A DNA stretch of 64,000 nucleotides from Ostrea edulis (taxonomy: Eukaryota), in the NCBI RefSeq assembly GCF_947568905.1, contig NC_079168.1:43958001-44022000 (forward strand). Direction: 5' to 3'. Position 1 is the stretch's first letter, and each line of letters begins with the position of its first letter. The notes below the pieces were generated by a model that was given only the letters and a program-made list of their open reading frames with translations, did no database searches and had not been told where the DNA came from. This document shows, piece by piece, positions 25,571-39,484 of the stretch. A program made the translations under genes and the position numbers.

Positions 25571-26179
25571 TTCAAATCCCCATTCCGGGACATCAAATTT
25601 GATAATAAGATATGATATTTAAGGCGATTTTTGCAGACTTGCATATTTCACTTTTTTTTCGAATAATTGTAATGGATATCCCTAGTCACGTGACTGAGAT
25701 GTAAAGACACAATCCTTATTACCGGAAACACAAATAAAGAAGCCACATATTTGACTTAAATGTCCCAAAACTATATCGACACTTTGGAACCCTCCCAATA
25801 ATTTCAATAAACTTTTCCAGGACGGTTGTAGCATGTGTGTAATTTACTTACTGAAGTCGATATAATGTGCATGAATACTGCATTTAGTATAGTCTTAACG
25901 ACATCCACTTAAAAATCACACCACTATGCGTTAGAATTTCGTTCGCTCCCAAAGCTGACAAGTAAAGCAGTATTTCTGTTTCAGGCGAAAACACCCATTT
26001 CCTTTGTACATGTATTGTTTTTAAAGATGATTCACTCAATAGTAGACAGCGAGACAGACAGTTTCTACTCTCGACAAGTACTGATGATGAATTCACGGTT
26101 TTACTCTACTATCAGCTCAATACGGAATATCGGAACCATTATTTCGTCTCCGATTCCGTCCTGGTTTTAATATTTAGTA

Positions 26180-29100
26180 TGTTCAACGGTCCACGCTCTC
26201 ACACTACATCCTGTGTATCATGTCCACTCTGTCACACTACATCCTGTGTATCACGTCCACTCTGTCACATTACACTATGTGTATCATGTCCACTCTGTCA
26301 CACTACACTATGTGTATCATGTCCACTCTGTCACACTACACTATGTGTATCATGTCCACTCTGTCACACTACACTATGTGTATCATGTCCACTCTGTCAC
26401 ACTACACTATGTGTATCATGTCCACTCTGTCACACTACACTATGTGTATCATGTTCACTCTCTCACACTATATCCTGTGTATCACGTCCACTCTCTCACA
26501 CTACACTATGTGTATCATGTCCACTCTCTCACACTATATCCTGTGTATCACGTCCACTCTCTCACACTACACTATGTGTATCATGTCCACTCTCTCACAC
26601 TACATCCTGTGTATCACGTCCACTCTCTCACACTACATCCTGTGTATCACGTCCACTCTGTCACACTACACTATGTGTATCACATCCACTCTGTCACACT
26701 ACACTATGTGTATCATGTCCACTCTCTCACACTACACTATGTGTATCATGTCCACTCTCTCACACTACACTATGTGTATCATGTCCACTCTGTCACACTA
26801 CACTATGTGTATCATGTCCACTCTCTCACACTACACTATGTGTATCATGTCCACTGTCACACTACACTATGTGCATCATGTCCACTCTCTCACACTACAC
26901 TATGAGTGTCATGTCCACTCTGTCACACTACACTATGTGTATCATGTCCACTCTGTCACACTACACTATGTATATCATGTCCACTCTCTCAAACTACACT
27001 ATGTGTATCATGTCCACTCTGTCACACTACACTATGTGTATCATGTCCACTCTCTCACATTACACTATGTGTATCATGTCCACTCTCTCACACTACACTA
27101 TGTGTATCATGTCCACTCTCTCACTCTATGATATGTGTATCATGTCCACTCTCTCACACTACACTATGTGTATCATGTCCACTCTCTCACACTATACTAT
27201 GTGTATCACGTCCACTCTCTCACTCTATAATATCTGTATCATGTCCACTCTCTCACTCTATAATATCTGTATCATGTCCACTCTCTCACTCTATAATATG
27301 TGTATCATGTCCACTCTCTCACACTACATCCTGTAAATCACGTCCATTCTCTCACACTACACTATGTGTATCATGTCCACTCTGTCACACTACACTATGT
27401 GTATCATGTCCACTCTGTCACACTACATCCTGTGTATCACGTCCACTCTGTCACACTACACTATGTGTATCATGTCCACTCTGTCACACTACACTATGTG
27501 TATCATGTCCACTCTCTCACACTACACTATGTGTATCATGTCCACTCTCTCACACTACACTATGTGTATCATGTCCACTCTCTCACACTACACTACATGT
27601 ATCATGTCCACTCTCTCACACTACACTATGTGTATCATGTCCACTCTGTCACACTACACTATGTGTATCACGTCCACTCTCTCACACTACATCCTGTGTA
27701 TCACGTCCATTCTCTCACACTACACTATGTGTATCATGTCCACTCTGTCACACTACACTATGTGTATCATGTCCACTTTGTCACACAACACTATGTGTAT
27801 CACGTCCACTCTCTCACACTACACTATGTGTATCATGTCCACTCTCTCACACTACACTATGTGTATCATGTCCACTCTGTCACACTATAATATGTGTATC
27901 ATGTCCACTCTCTCACACTACATCCTGTGTATCACGTCCACTCTCTCACACTACACTATGTGTATCATGTCCACTCTGTCACACTACACTATGTGTATCA
28001 CGTCCACTCTGTCACACTACACTATGTGTATCATGTCCACTCTCTCACACTACATCCTGTGTATCACGTCCACTCTCTCACACTACACTATGTGTATCAC
28101 GTCCACTCTCTCACACTACACTATGTGTATCATGTCCACTCTGTCACACTACACTATGTGTATCATGTCCACTCTCTCACACTACATCCTGTGTATCATG
28201 TCCACTCTCTCACACTACACTATGTGTATCATGTCCACTCTGTCACACTACACTATGTGTGTCATGTCCACTCTCTCACACTACATCCTGTGTATCATGT
28301 CCACTCTCTCACACTACACTACAATGTATGTGTATTATGTCGACTCTGTCACACTACACTATATGTATCATGTCCACTCTCTCACACTACACTATGTGTA
28401 TCATGTCCACTCTCTCACACTACATCCTGTGTATCATGTCCACTCTCTCACACTACACTACAATGTATGTGTATTATGTCGACTCTGTCACACTACACTA
28501 TATGTATCATGTCCACTCTCTCACACTACATCCTGTGTATCACGTCCACTCTCTCACACTACACTCTGTGTATCACGTCCACTCTCTCACACTACACTAT
28601 ATGTATCATGTCCACTCTCTCACACTACACTATATGTATCATGTCCACTCTCTCACACTACACTATATGTATCATGTCCACTCTCTCACACTACATCCTG
28701 TGTATCACGTCCACTCTCTCACACTACACTCTGTGTATCACGTCCACTCTCTCACACTACACTATATGTATCATGTCCACTCTCTCACACTACACTATGT
28801 GTATCATGTCCACTCTCTCACACTACACTATGTGTATCACGTCCACTCTCTCACACTACATCCTGTGTATCACGTCCACTCTCTCACACTACACTCTGTG
28901 TATCACGTCCACTCTCTCACACTACACTATGTGTATCATGTCCACACTACACTATGTGTATCATGTCCACTCTCTCACACTACATTCTGTGTATCATGTC
29001 CACTCTCTCACACTACACTATATGTATCATGTCCACTCTGTCACACTACACTATGTGTATCATGTCCACTGTGTCACACTATAATATGTGTATCATGTCC

Positions 29101-32100
29101 ACTCTCTCACTCTACACTATGTGTATCATGTCCACTCTCTCACTCTACACTATGTGTATCATGTCCACTCTCTCACACTACACTATATGTATCAAGTCCA
29201 CTCTCTCACACTACACTATATGTATCATGTCCACTCTCTCACACTACACTATGTGCATCATGTCCACTCTGTCACACTACACTATGTGTATCATGTCCAC
29301 TCTCTCACACTACACTATATATATCATGTCCACTCTCTCACACTACACTATGAGTATCATGTCCACTCTGTCACACTACACTATGTGTATCATGTCCACT
29401 GTCACACTACACTATGTGTATCACGTCCACTCTCTCACACTACACTATATGTATCATGTCCACTCTCTCACACTACAGTATGTGTATCATGTCCACTCTC
29501 TCACACTACACTATGTGTATCATGTCCACTCTGTCACACTACACTATGTGTATCATGTCCACTCTCTCACACTACACTATGTGTATCATGTCCACTGTCA
29601 CACTACACTATGTGCATCATGTCCACTCTCTCACACTACACTATGAGTGTCATGTCCACTCTGTCACACTACACTATGTGTATCATGTCCACTCTGTCAC
29701 ACTACACTATGTATATCATGTCCACTCTCTCAAACTACACTATGTGTATCATGTCCACTCTCTCACACTACACTATGTGTATCATGTCCACTCTCTCACA
29801 TTACACTATGTGTATCATGTCCACTCTCTCACACTACACTATGTGTATCATGTCCACTCTCTCACTCTATGATATGTGTATCATGTCCACTCTCTCACAC
29901 TACACTATGTGTATCATGTCCACTCTCTCACACTATACTATGTGTATCACGTCCACTCTCTCACTCTATAATATCTGTATCATGTCCACTCTCTCACTCT
30001 ATAATATCTGTATCATGTCCACTCTCTCACTCTATAATATGTGTATCATGTCCACTCTCTCACACTACATCCTGTAAATCACGTCCATTCTCTCACACTA
30101 CACTATGTGTATCATGTCCACTCTGTCACACTACACTATGTGTATCATGTCCACTCTGTCACACTACACTATGTGTATCATGTCCACTCTGTCACACTAC
30201 ACTATGTGTATCATGTCCACTCTCTCACACTACACTATGTGTATCATGTCCACTCTCTCACACTACACTATGTGTATCATGTCCACTCTCTCACACTACA
30301 CTACATGTATCATGTCCACTCTCTCACACTACACTATGTGTATCATGTCCACTCTGTCACACTACACTATGTGTATCATGTCCACTCTCTCACACTACAT
30401 CCTGTGTATCACGTCCATTCTCTCACACTACACTATGTGTATCATGTCCACTCTGTCACACTACACTATGTGTATCATGTCCACTTTGTCACACTACACT
30501 ATGTGTATCACGTCCACTCTCTCACACTACACTATGTGTATCATGTCCACTCTCTCACACTACACTATGTGTATCATGTCCACTCTGTCACACTATAATA
30601 TGTGTATCATGTCCACTCTCTCACACTACATCCTGTGTATCACGTCCACTCTCTCACACTACACTATGTGTATCATGTCCACTCTGTCACACTACACTAT
30701 GTGTATCACGTCCACTCTGTCACACTACACTATGTGTATCATGTCCACTCTCTCACACTACATCCTGTGTATCACGTCCACTCTCTCACACTACACTATG
30801 TGTATCACGTCCACTCTCTCACACTACACTATGTGTATCATGTCCACTCTGTCACACTACACTATGTGTATCATGTCCACTCTCTCACACTACATCATGT
30901 GTATCATGTCCACTCTCTCACACTACACTATGTGTATCATGTCCACTCTGTCACACTACACTATGTGTGTCATGTCCACTCTCTCACACTACATCCTGTG
31001 TATCACGTCCACTCTCTCACACTACACTCTGTGTATCACGTCCACTCTCTCACACTACACTATATGTATCATGTCCACTCTCTCACACTACACTATGTGT
31101 ATCATGTCCACTCTCTCACACTACACTATGTGTATCACGTCCACTCTCTCACACTACATCCTGTGTATCACGTCCACTCTCTCACACTACACTCTGTGTA
31201 TCACGTCCACTCTCTCACACTACACTATGTGTATCATGTCCACTCTCTCACACTACACTATGTGTATCATGTCCACTCTCTCACACTACATTCTGTGTAT
31301 CATGTCCACTCTCTCACACTACACTATATGTATCATGTCCACTCTGTCACACTACACTATGTGTATCATGTCCACTGTGTCACACTATAATATGTGTATC
31401 ATGTCCACTCTCTCACTCTACACTATGTGTATCATGTCCACTCTCTCACTCTACACTATGTGTATCATGTCCACTCTCTCACACTACACTATATGTATCA
31501 AGTCCACTCTCTCACACTACACTATATGTATCATGTCCACTCTCTCACACTACACTATGTGCATCATGTCCACTCTGTCACACTACACTATGTGTATCAT
31601 GTCCACTCTCTCACACTACACTATATATATCATGTCCACTCTCTCACACTACACTATGAGTATCATGTCCACTCTGTCACACTACACTATGTGTATCATG
31701 TCCACTGTCACACTACACTATGTGTATCACGTCCACTCTCTCACACTACACTATATGTATCATGTCCACTCTCTCACACTACAGTATGTGTATCATGTCC
31801 ACTCTCTCACACTACACTATGTGTATCATGTCCACTCTGTCACACTACACTATGTGTATCATGTCCACTCTCTCACACTACACTATGTGTATCATGTCCA
31901 CTGTCACACTACACTATGTGCATCATGTCCACTCTCTCACACTACACTATGAGTGTCATGTCCACTCTGTCACACTACACTATGTGTATCATGTCCACTC
32001 TGTCACACTACACTATGTATATCATGTCCACTCTCTCAAACTACACTATGTGTATCATGTCCACTCTCTCACACTACACTATGTGTATCATGTCCACTCT

Positions 32101-35100
32101 CTCACATTACACTATGTGTATCATGTCCACTCTCTCACACTACACTATGTGTATCATGTCCACTCTCTCACTCTATGATATGTGTATCATGTCCACTCTC
32201 TCACACTACACTATGTGTATCATGTCCACTCTCTCACACTATACTATGTGTATCACGTCCACTCTCTCACTCTATAATATCTGTATCATGTCCACTCTCT
32301 CACTCTATAATATCTGTATCATGTCCACTCTCTCACTCTATAATATGTGTATCATGTCCACTCTCTCACACTACATCCTGTAAATCACGTCCATTCTCTA
32401 ACACTACACTATGTGTATCATGTCCACTCTGTCACACTACACTATGTGTATCATGTCCACTCTGTCACACTACACTATGTGTATCATGTCCACTCTGTCA
32501 CACTACACTATGTGTATCATGTCCACTCTCTCACACTACACTATGTGTATCATGTCCACTCTCTCACACTACACTATGTGTATCATGTCCACTCTCTCAC
32601 ACTACACTACATGTATCATGTCCACTCTCTCACACTACACTATGTGTATCATGTCCACTCTGTCACACTACACTATGTGTATCATGTCCACTCTCTCACA
32701 CTACATCCTGTGTATCACGTCCATTCTCTCACACTACACTATGTGTATCATGTCCACTCTGTCACACTACACTATGTGTATCATGTCCACTTTGTCACAC
32801 TACACTATGTGTATCACGTCCACTCTCTCACACTACACTATGTGTATCATGTCCACTCTCTCACACTACACTATGTGTATCATGTCCACTCTGTCACACT
32901 ATAATATGTGTATCATGTCCACTCTCTCACACTACATCCTGTGTATCACGTCCACTCTCTCACACTACACTATGTGTATCATGTCCACTCTGTCACACTA
33001 CACTATGTGTATCACGTCCACTCTGTCACACTACACTATGTGTATCATGTCCACTCTCTCACACTACATCCTGTGTATCACGTCCACTCTCTCACACTAC
33101 ACTATGTGTATCACGTCCACTCTCTCACACTACACTATGTGTATCATGTCCACTCTGTCACACTACACTATGTGTATCATGTCCACTCTCTCACACTACA
33201 TCCTGTGTATCATGTCCACTCTCTCACACTACACTATGTGTATCATGTCCACTCTGTCACACTACACTATGTGTGTCATGTCCACTCTCTCACACTACAT
33301 CCTGTGTATCATGTCCACTCTCTCACACTACACTACAATGTATGTGTATTATGTCGACTCTGTCACACTACACTATGTGTATCATGTCCACTCTCTCACA
33401 CTACATCCTGTGTATCACGTCCACTCTCTCACACTACACTATGTGTATCATGTCCACTCTGTCACACTACACTATGTGTATCATGTCCACTCTCTCACAC
33501 TATATCCTGTGTATCACGTCCATTCTCTCACACTACACTATGTGTATCATGTCCACTCTGTCACACTACACTATGTGTATCATGTCCACTCTGTCACACT
33601 ACACTATGTGTATCACGTCCACTCTCTCACACTACACTATGTGTATCATGTCCACTCTCTCACACTACACTATGTGTATCATGTCCACTCTGTCACACTA
33701 TAATATGTGTATCATGTCCACTCTCTCACACTACATCCTGTGTATCACGTCCACTCTCTCACACTACACTATGTGTATCATGTCCACTCTGTCACACTAC
33801 ACTATGTGTATCACGTCCACTCTGTCACACTACACTATGTGTATCATGTCCACTCTCTCACACTACATCCTGTGTATCACGTCCACTCTCTCACACTACA
33901 CTATGTGTATCACGTCCACTCTCTCACACTACACTATGTGTATCATGTCCACTCTGTCACACTACACTATGTGTATCATGTCCACTCTCTCACACTACAT
34001 CCTGTGTATCACGTCCACTCTCTCACACTACACTATGTGTATCATGTCCACTCTGTCACACTACACTATGTGTGTCATGTCCACTCTCTCACACTACATC
34101 CTGTGTATCATGTCCACTCTCTCACACTACACTACAATGTATGTGTATTATGTCGACTCTGTCACACTACACTATATGTATCATGTCCACTCTCTCACAC
34201 TACACTATGTGTATCATGTCCACTCTCTCACACTACATCCTGTGTATCACGTCCACTCTCTCACACTACACTATGTGTATCATGTCCACTCTGTCACACT
34301 ACACTATGTGTATCATGTCCACTCTCTCACACTACATCCTGTGTATCACGTCCATTCTCTCACACTACACTATGTGTATCATGTCCACTCTGTCATACTA
34401 CACTATGTGTATCATGTCCACTCTGTCACACTACACTATGTGTATCACGTCCACTCTCTCACACTACACTATGTGTATCATGTCCACTCTCTCACACTAC
34501 ACTATGTGTATCATGTCCACTCTGTCACACTATAATATGTGTATCATGTCCACTCTCTCACACTACATCCTGTGTATCACGTCCACTCTCTCACACTACA
34601 CTATGTGTATCATGTCCACTCTGTCACACTACACTATGTGTATCATGTCCACTCTCTCACACTACATCCTGTGTATCACGTCCACTCTCTCACACTACAC
34701 TATGTGTATCACGTCCACTCTCTCACACTACACTATGTGTATCATGTCCACTCTGTCACACTACACTATGTGTATCATGTCCACTCTCTCACACTACATC
34801 CTGTGTATCACATCCACTCTCTCACACTACACTATGTGTATCATGTCCACTCTGTCACACTACACTATGTGTATCATGTCCACTGTGTCACACTACATCC
34901 TGTGTATCATGTCCACTCTCTCACACTACATCCTGTGTATCACGTCCACTCTCTCACACTACACTATGTGTATCACGTCCACTCTCTCACACTACACTAT
35001 GTGTATCATGTCCACTCTGTCACACTACACTATGTGTATCATGTCCACTCTCTCACACTACATCCTGTGTATCATGTCCACTCTCTCACACTACACTACA

Positions 35101-36397
35101 ATGTATGTGTATTATGTCGACTCTGTCACACTACACTATATGTATCATGTCCACTCTCTCACACTACACTATATGTATCACGTCCACTCTCTCACACTAC
35201 ACTATATGTATCATGTCCACTCTCTCACACTACACTATGTGTATCATGTCCACTCTCTCACACTACACTATGTGTATCACGTCCACTCTCTCACACTACA
35301 TCCTGTGTATCACGTCCACTCTCTCACACTACACTCTGTGTATCACGTCCACTCTCTCACACTACACTATGTGTATCATGTCCACACTACACTATGTGTA
35401 TCATGTCCACTCTCTCACACTACATTCTGTGTATCATGTCCACTCTCTCACACTACACTATATGTATCATGTCCACTCTGTCACACTACACTATGTGTAT
35501 CATGTCCACTGTGTCACACTATAATATGTGTATCATGTCCACTCTCTCACTCTACACTATGTGTATCATGTCCACTCTCTCACTCTACACTATGTGTATC
35601 ATGTCCACTCTCTCACACTACACTATATGTATCATGTCCACTCTCTCACACTACACTATGTGCATCATGTCCACTCTGTCACACTACACTATGTGTATCA
35701 TGTCCACTCTGTCACACTACACTATGAGTATCATGTCCACTCTGTCACACTACACTATGTGTATCACGTCCACTCTCTCACACTACACTATATGTATCAT
35801 GTCCACTCTCTCACACTACAGTATGTGTATCATGTCCACTCTCTCACACTACACTATGTGTATCATGTCCACTCTGTCACACTACACTATGTGTATCATG
35901 TCCACTCTCTCACACTACATCCTGTGTATCACGTCCACTCTCGCACACTACATCCTGTGTATCATGTCCACTCTCGCACACTACACTATGTGTATCACGT
36001 CCACTCTCTCACACTACACTATGTGTATCATGTCCACTCTCTCACACTACAGTATGTGTATCATGTCCACTCTCGCACACTACATCCTGTGTATCATGTC
36101 CACTCTCTCACACTACACTATGTGTATCACGTCCACTCTGTCACACTACACTATGTGTATCATGTCCACTCTGTCACACTACACTATGTGTATCATGTCC
36201 ACTCTGTCACACTACACTATGTGTATCATGTCCACTCTGTCACAATACATCCTGTGTATCACGTCCACTCTGTCACACTACACTATGTGTATCATGTCCA
36301 CTCTCACACTACATCCTGTGTATCATGTCCACTCTCTCACACTACACTATGTGTATCATGTCCACTCTGTCACACTACACTATGTGTATCACGTCCC
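26180..36397. repeat. 33-bp satellite, ~310 monomers, with higher-order repeats
   Basis: Consensus gtatcatgtccactct(c/g)tcacactacactatgt with period 33 (e.g. 26281 to 26314). It explains all ORFs in the track between 26179 and 36539. Confidence 0.98.
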
Positions 36398-36505
36398 CTG
36401 CTTTACCCAACTCTATTTGTATCAACGTCTATTTGTATTATCTCTACAGTCAGATCTTCCTAAATTATGTATTAGGTCCACCGTCAGATCAAACTATATG
36501 ATATC

Positions 36506-37238
36506 AGGTTCACTGTCTCACTTGACTTTCTGTGTGTAAGGTTCACTGTCTAACCTGACTTTCTGTGTGTAAGGTTCACTGTCTAACCTGACTTCCATTA
36601 TGTAAGGTTCACTATCTAACCTGACTCTCTGTGTGAAACGTTCACTGTCTAACCTGACTTTCTGTGTGTAAGGTTCACTGTCTAACCTGACTTTCTGTGT
36701 ATAAGGTTCACTATCTAACCTGACTCTCTGTGTGAAACGTTCACTGTCTAAGCTGACTTTCTGTGTATAAGGTTCACTATCTAACCTGACTCTCTGTGTG
36801 TAAGGTTCACTGTCTAACCTGACTTTCTGTGTATAAGGTTCACTGTCTAACCTGACTCTCTGTGTGCAAGGTTCACTGTCTCTCCTGACTTTCTGTGTGA
36901 AGGATTCATTGTCTAACCTGACTTTCTGTGTGTAAGGTTCACTGTCTAACCTGACTTTCTGTGTATAAGGTTCACTGTCTAACCTGACTCTCTGTGTGCA
37001 AGGTTCACTGTCTCTCCTGACTTTCTGTGTGAAGGATTCATTGTCTAACCTGACTTCCTGTGTGTAAGGTTCACTATCTAACCTGACTTTCTGTGTGTAA
37101 GGTTCACTGTCTAACCTGACTTCCTGTGTGTAAGGTTCACTGTCTAACCTGACTCTCTGTGTGCAAGGTTCACTGTCTCTCCTGACTTTCTGTGTGAAGG
37201 ATTCATTGTCTAACCTGACTTTCTGTGTGTAAGGTTCA
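36506..37238. repeat. Second 33-bp tandem array, ~22 monomers
   Basis: Consensus gtgtaaggttcactgtctaacctgactttctgt with period 33 (36541 to 36574). Confidence 0.95.
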
Positions 37239-37775
37239 TATTGTCAGACATTACTCTATGTACATCACATCTAGTGTCTAACCTGTCTCTGTGTATCAGG
37301 TCCACCGTCTGTTTATGTAATGTTACAATAATAAAGAGGTTGACAATTTGAATAAATTAACAAAATGCACTCTAAGCAATCGGACGTGAACGTATAAAAA
37401 TGACATTTGCTGACAGACTAGTCCGGTGAGACCGTTACACCTTTTGGTTTATTATCCAAACTTGTCATTTTCCTGTCTCGGCCCAGCTTTTTGTCAGCTT
37501 CCTGAGTGGGTGTTAGTTGATAATTGACGAATGAAAATTCCACTATATTTTATAGTATGTAGATGTCATTTGATTGCCTTATTTGTTTGGGCATGTGTAA
37601 AACAGGAAACGGTATACATGAAACCTACATCCGTCCTGGTTTTACAGGTAAGTGATTCTCCGAGGTTGCTTGAAAGAATCGAGAAAGAAAGAAACAAAGA
37701 CTTTCCGAAGTTCCTTAAATAAAACAAGGATTTTCTATTTTCCGTTCTTTGTTTTTAATGTTAGATTTAAGTTTT

Positions 37776-37970
37776 CGATTTCATAGAATTCTAAACTAAC
37801 AACATTTAAACAAACTATCATTTCATAGAATTTTAAACTAACAACATTTAAACAAACTATCGTTTCATTAGAATTTTAAACTAACAACATTTAAACAAAC
37901 TAACATTTCATAGAAATTTAAACTAACAACATTTAAACAAACATTTCAAAGAATTTTGAACTAACAATAT
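37776..37970. repeat. ~42-bp AT-rich minisatellite, ~4.5 copies
   Basis: Unit tttcatagaattttaaactaacaacatttaaacaaactatca is repeated. Confidence 0.9.
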
Positions 37971-39081
37971 AGAGTTCTCAGATCACTCCTATTTAACCAG
38001 CTATCGCCAGCCATCTAGAATCCATGGCGTTGGTTTTCAGTGATCTCGTTCAACTTTCGTTTAAGATTTTCATGGCTTTTTTAAAAATGTGAATTTGAGT
38101 ATTCCGTACTGTACTTTAAAAACCAAATGGCGTGTTATAGTAGGCGTTGACACGATGAAGAACCCTGATTACATTGTATGGAGCTACAGCATGGGTCTCA
38201 TTGCTGACACTGGAACCGGTGGTCGTTCTCTCGGAGACGTTAAAAAAACAAAATTAACCCATCAACCCAAAACTGAAAAAATAAGCGAATTTAAAGGAAA
38301 AACAAAAGTTCTGAATAACTAAAGTTTCGATTAAAATGATAAAATTAATACTCTTGTTTCGTGTTTTACTAGTTAAAATGTGTCTCTGTCGTTGACAAAC
38401 GACACAATTAAAAAAGTGGCACTTTTATCTGACACGACATTTACGCTACCCACAGAAACAAGCACTACCAGGACGGAGGAACGCAAGTGCACGCGAAGTT
38501 TTATCAACCCTGAAGTTTTATCAACCCTCAAATGGCCATTGAAAATACCAAACACGTCTTCTAATCTTAAAATTTATAAAAACATGTATTGTGGCAAGAA
38601 AAAAATTGTATTGATGTCCATATGATATTTCATCTTTTTTCCATTTTATATGCAAACTTGAAAATTAATCTCAAAAATAGAAATATCCTCAAAGCATTTG
38701 AAATAGTCAGGAATAATTTCCTACACATTCCGTGATTGACACTATTTAGATTCCTCTGTTGCATCATTACAAATAATACAATATGTACATTGATTAGATT
38801 GAATGTTTGCGACTGGAAGAACACAACTTTACGACATTCTACTCAATCTCATTGTGTCAAAATATAACACTAAACAGCTTTGTTTTGATCATAAACGGAA
38901 TAGAAATAGAAGTTGAATTATTCATTTCCGAATCATAAGTATAGCAATTTAACAAATCCTTGTATTCATTACTGAACAATTAATTATCTTCTTTGCTACC
39001 GTAGAAGAGCATTTGAGTCTCCATTAATTTCATTCAAGCAATTACAAAAAGCAATTTATTCATGGATCTTTCAGTAAATGT

Positions 39082-39089
39082 TATAAAAG
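39082..39089 (+). promoter_or_regulatory. Candidate TATA box of the deacetylase gene
   Basis: TATAAAAG lies ~400 bp upstream of the ATG and is followed by a more GC-rich stretch that could be a 5' UTR exon. Motif match only. Confidence 0.35.
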
Positions 39090-39484
39090 GTGACGCGAGT
39101 TACTGCTGTCCTCATTTTACGTTGTGACAGGGAACACCGCGCCGCTAGGCATAGAATATTACCATACATACGAAGCGCTTCACCTGACAAGAGTCCTGCC
39201 TTCTTCATAATCGGACTACAGGTGACAGGTGAATATATTCAAGTGTCTGTTCCTATCCAACGTCCAAAGAGATCGGTCGGGCTAGTGTGGACCTAAGATT
39301 TTATATGTATATATATAAACACACACATATATATATAGATATATAGCTTAGGTCTTTTCTTTTCTTTGTTGGCCTTTGTGAATAAAGGAATGAAGCCGGG
39401 AGATATATCGAGCCAATGACTATTGTTTAACCGTGAACTAACTAATGCACATTTTGAACTTTCACTGAACAAAATATTTCGATA

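Noticed and set aside
26179-36539. Very long ORFs (up to 939 aa) as real Cys/His-rich genes
   Set aside because: They are translations of a 33-bp satellite in all three frames, with frequent frame switching and no signal peptide or unique domain.
26180-37238. CRISPR-like array
   Set aside because: Contiguous monomers with no unique spacers, no cas genes, and a eukaryotic context.
36506-37238. Coding repeat (QKVRLDSEPYT)n on the minus strand
   Set aside because: One frame of the consensus is open, but there is no start or splice context and the homologous frame of the neighbouring array has a stop in every unit.
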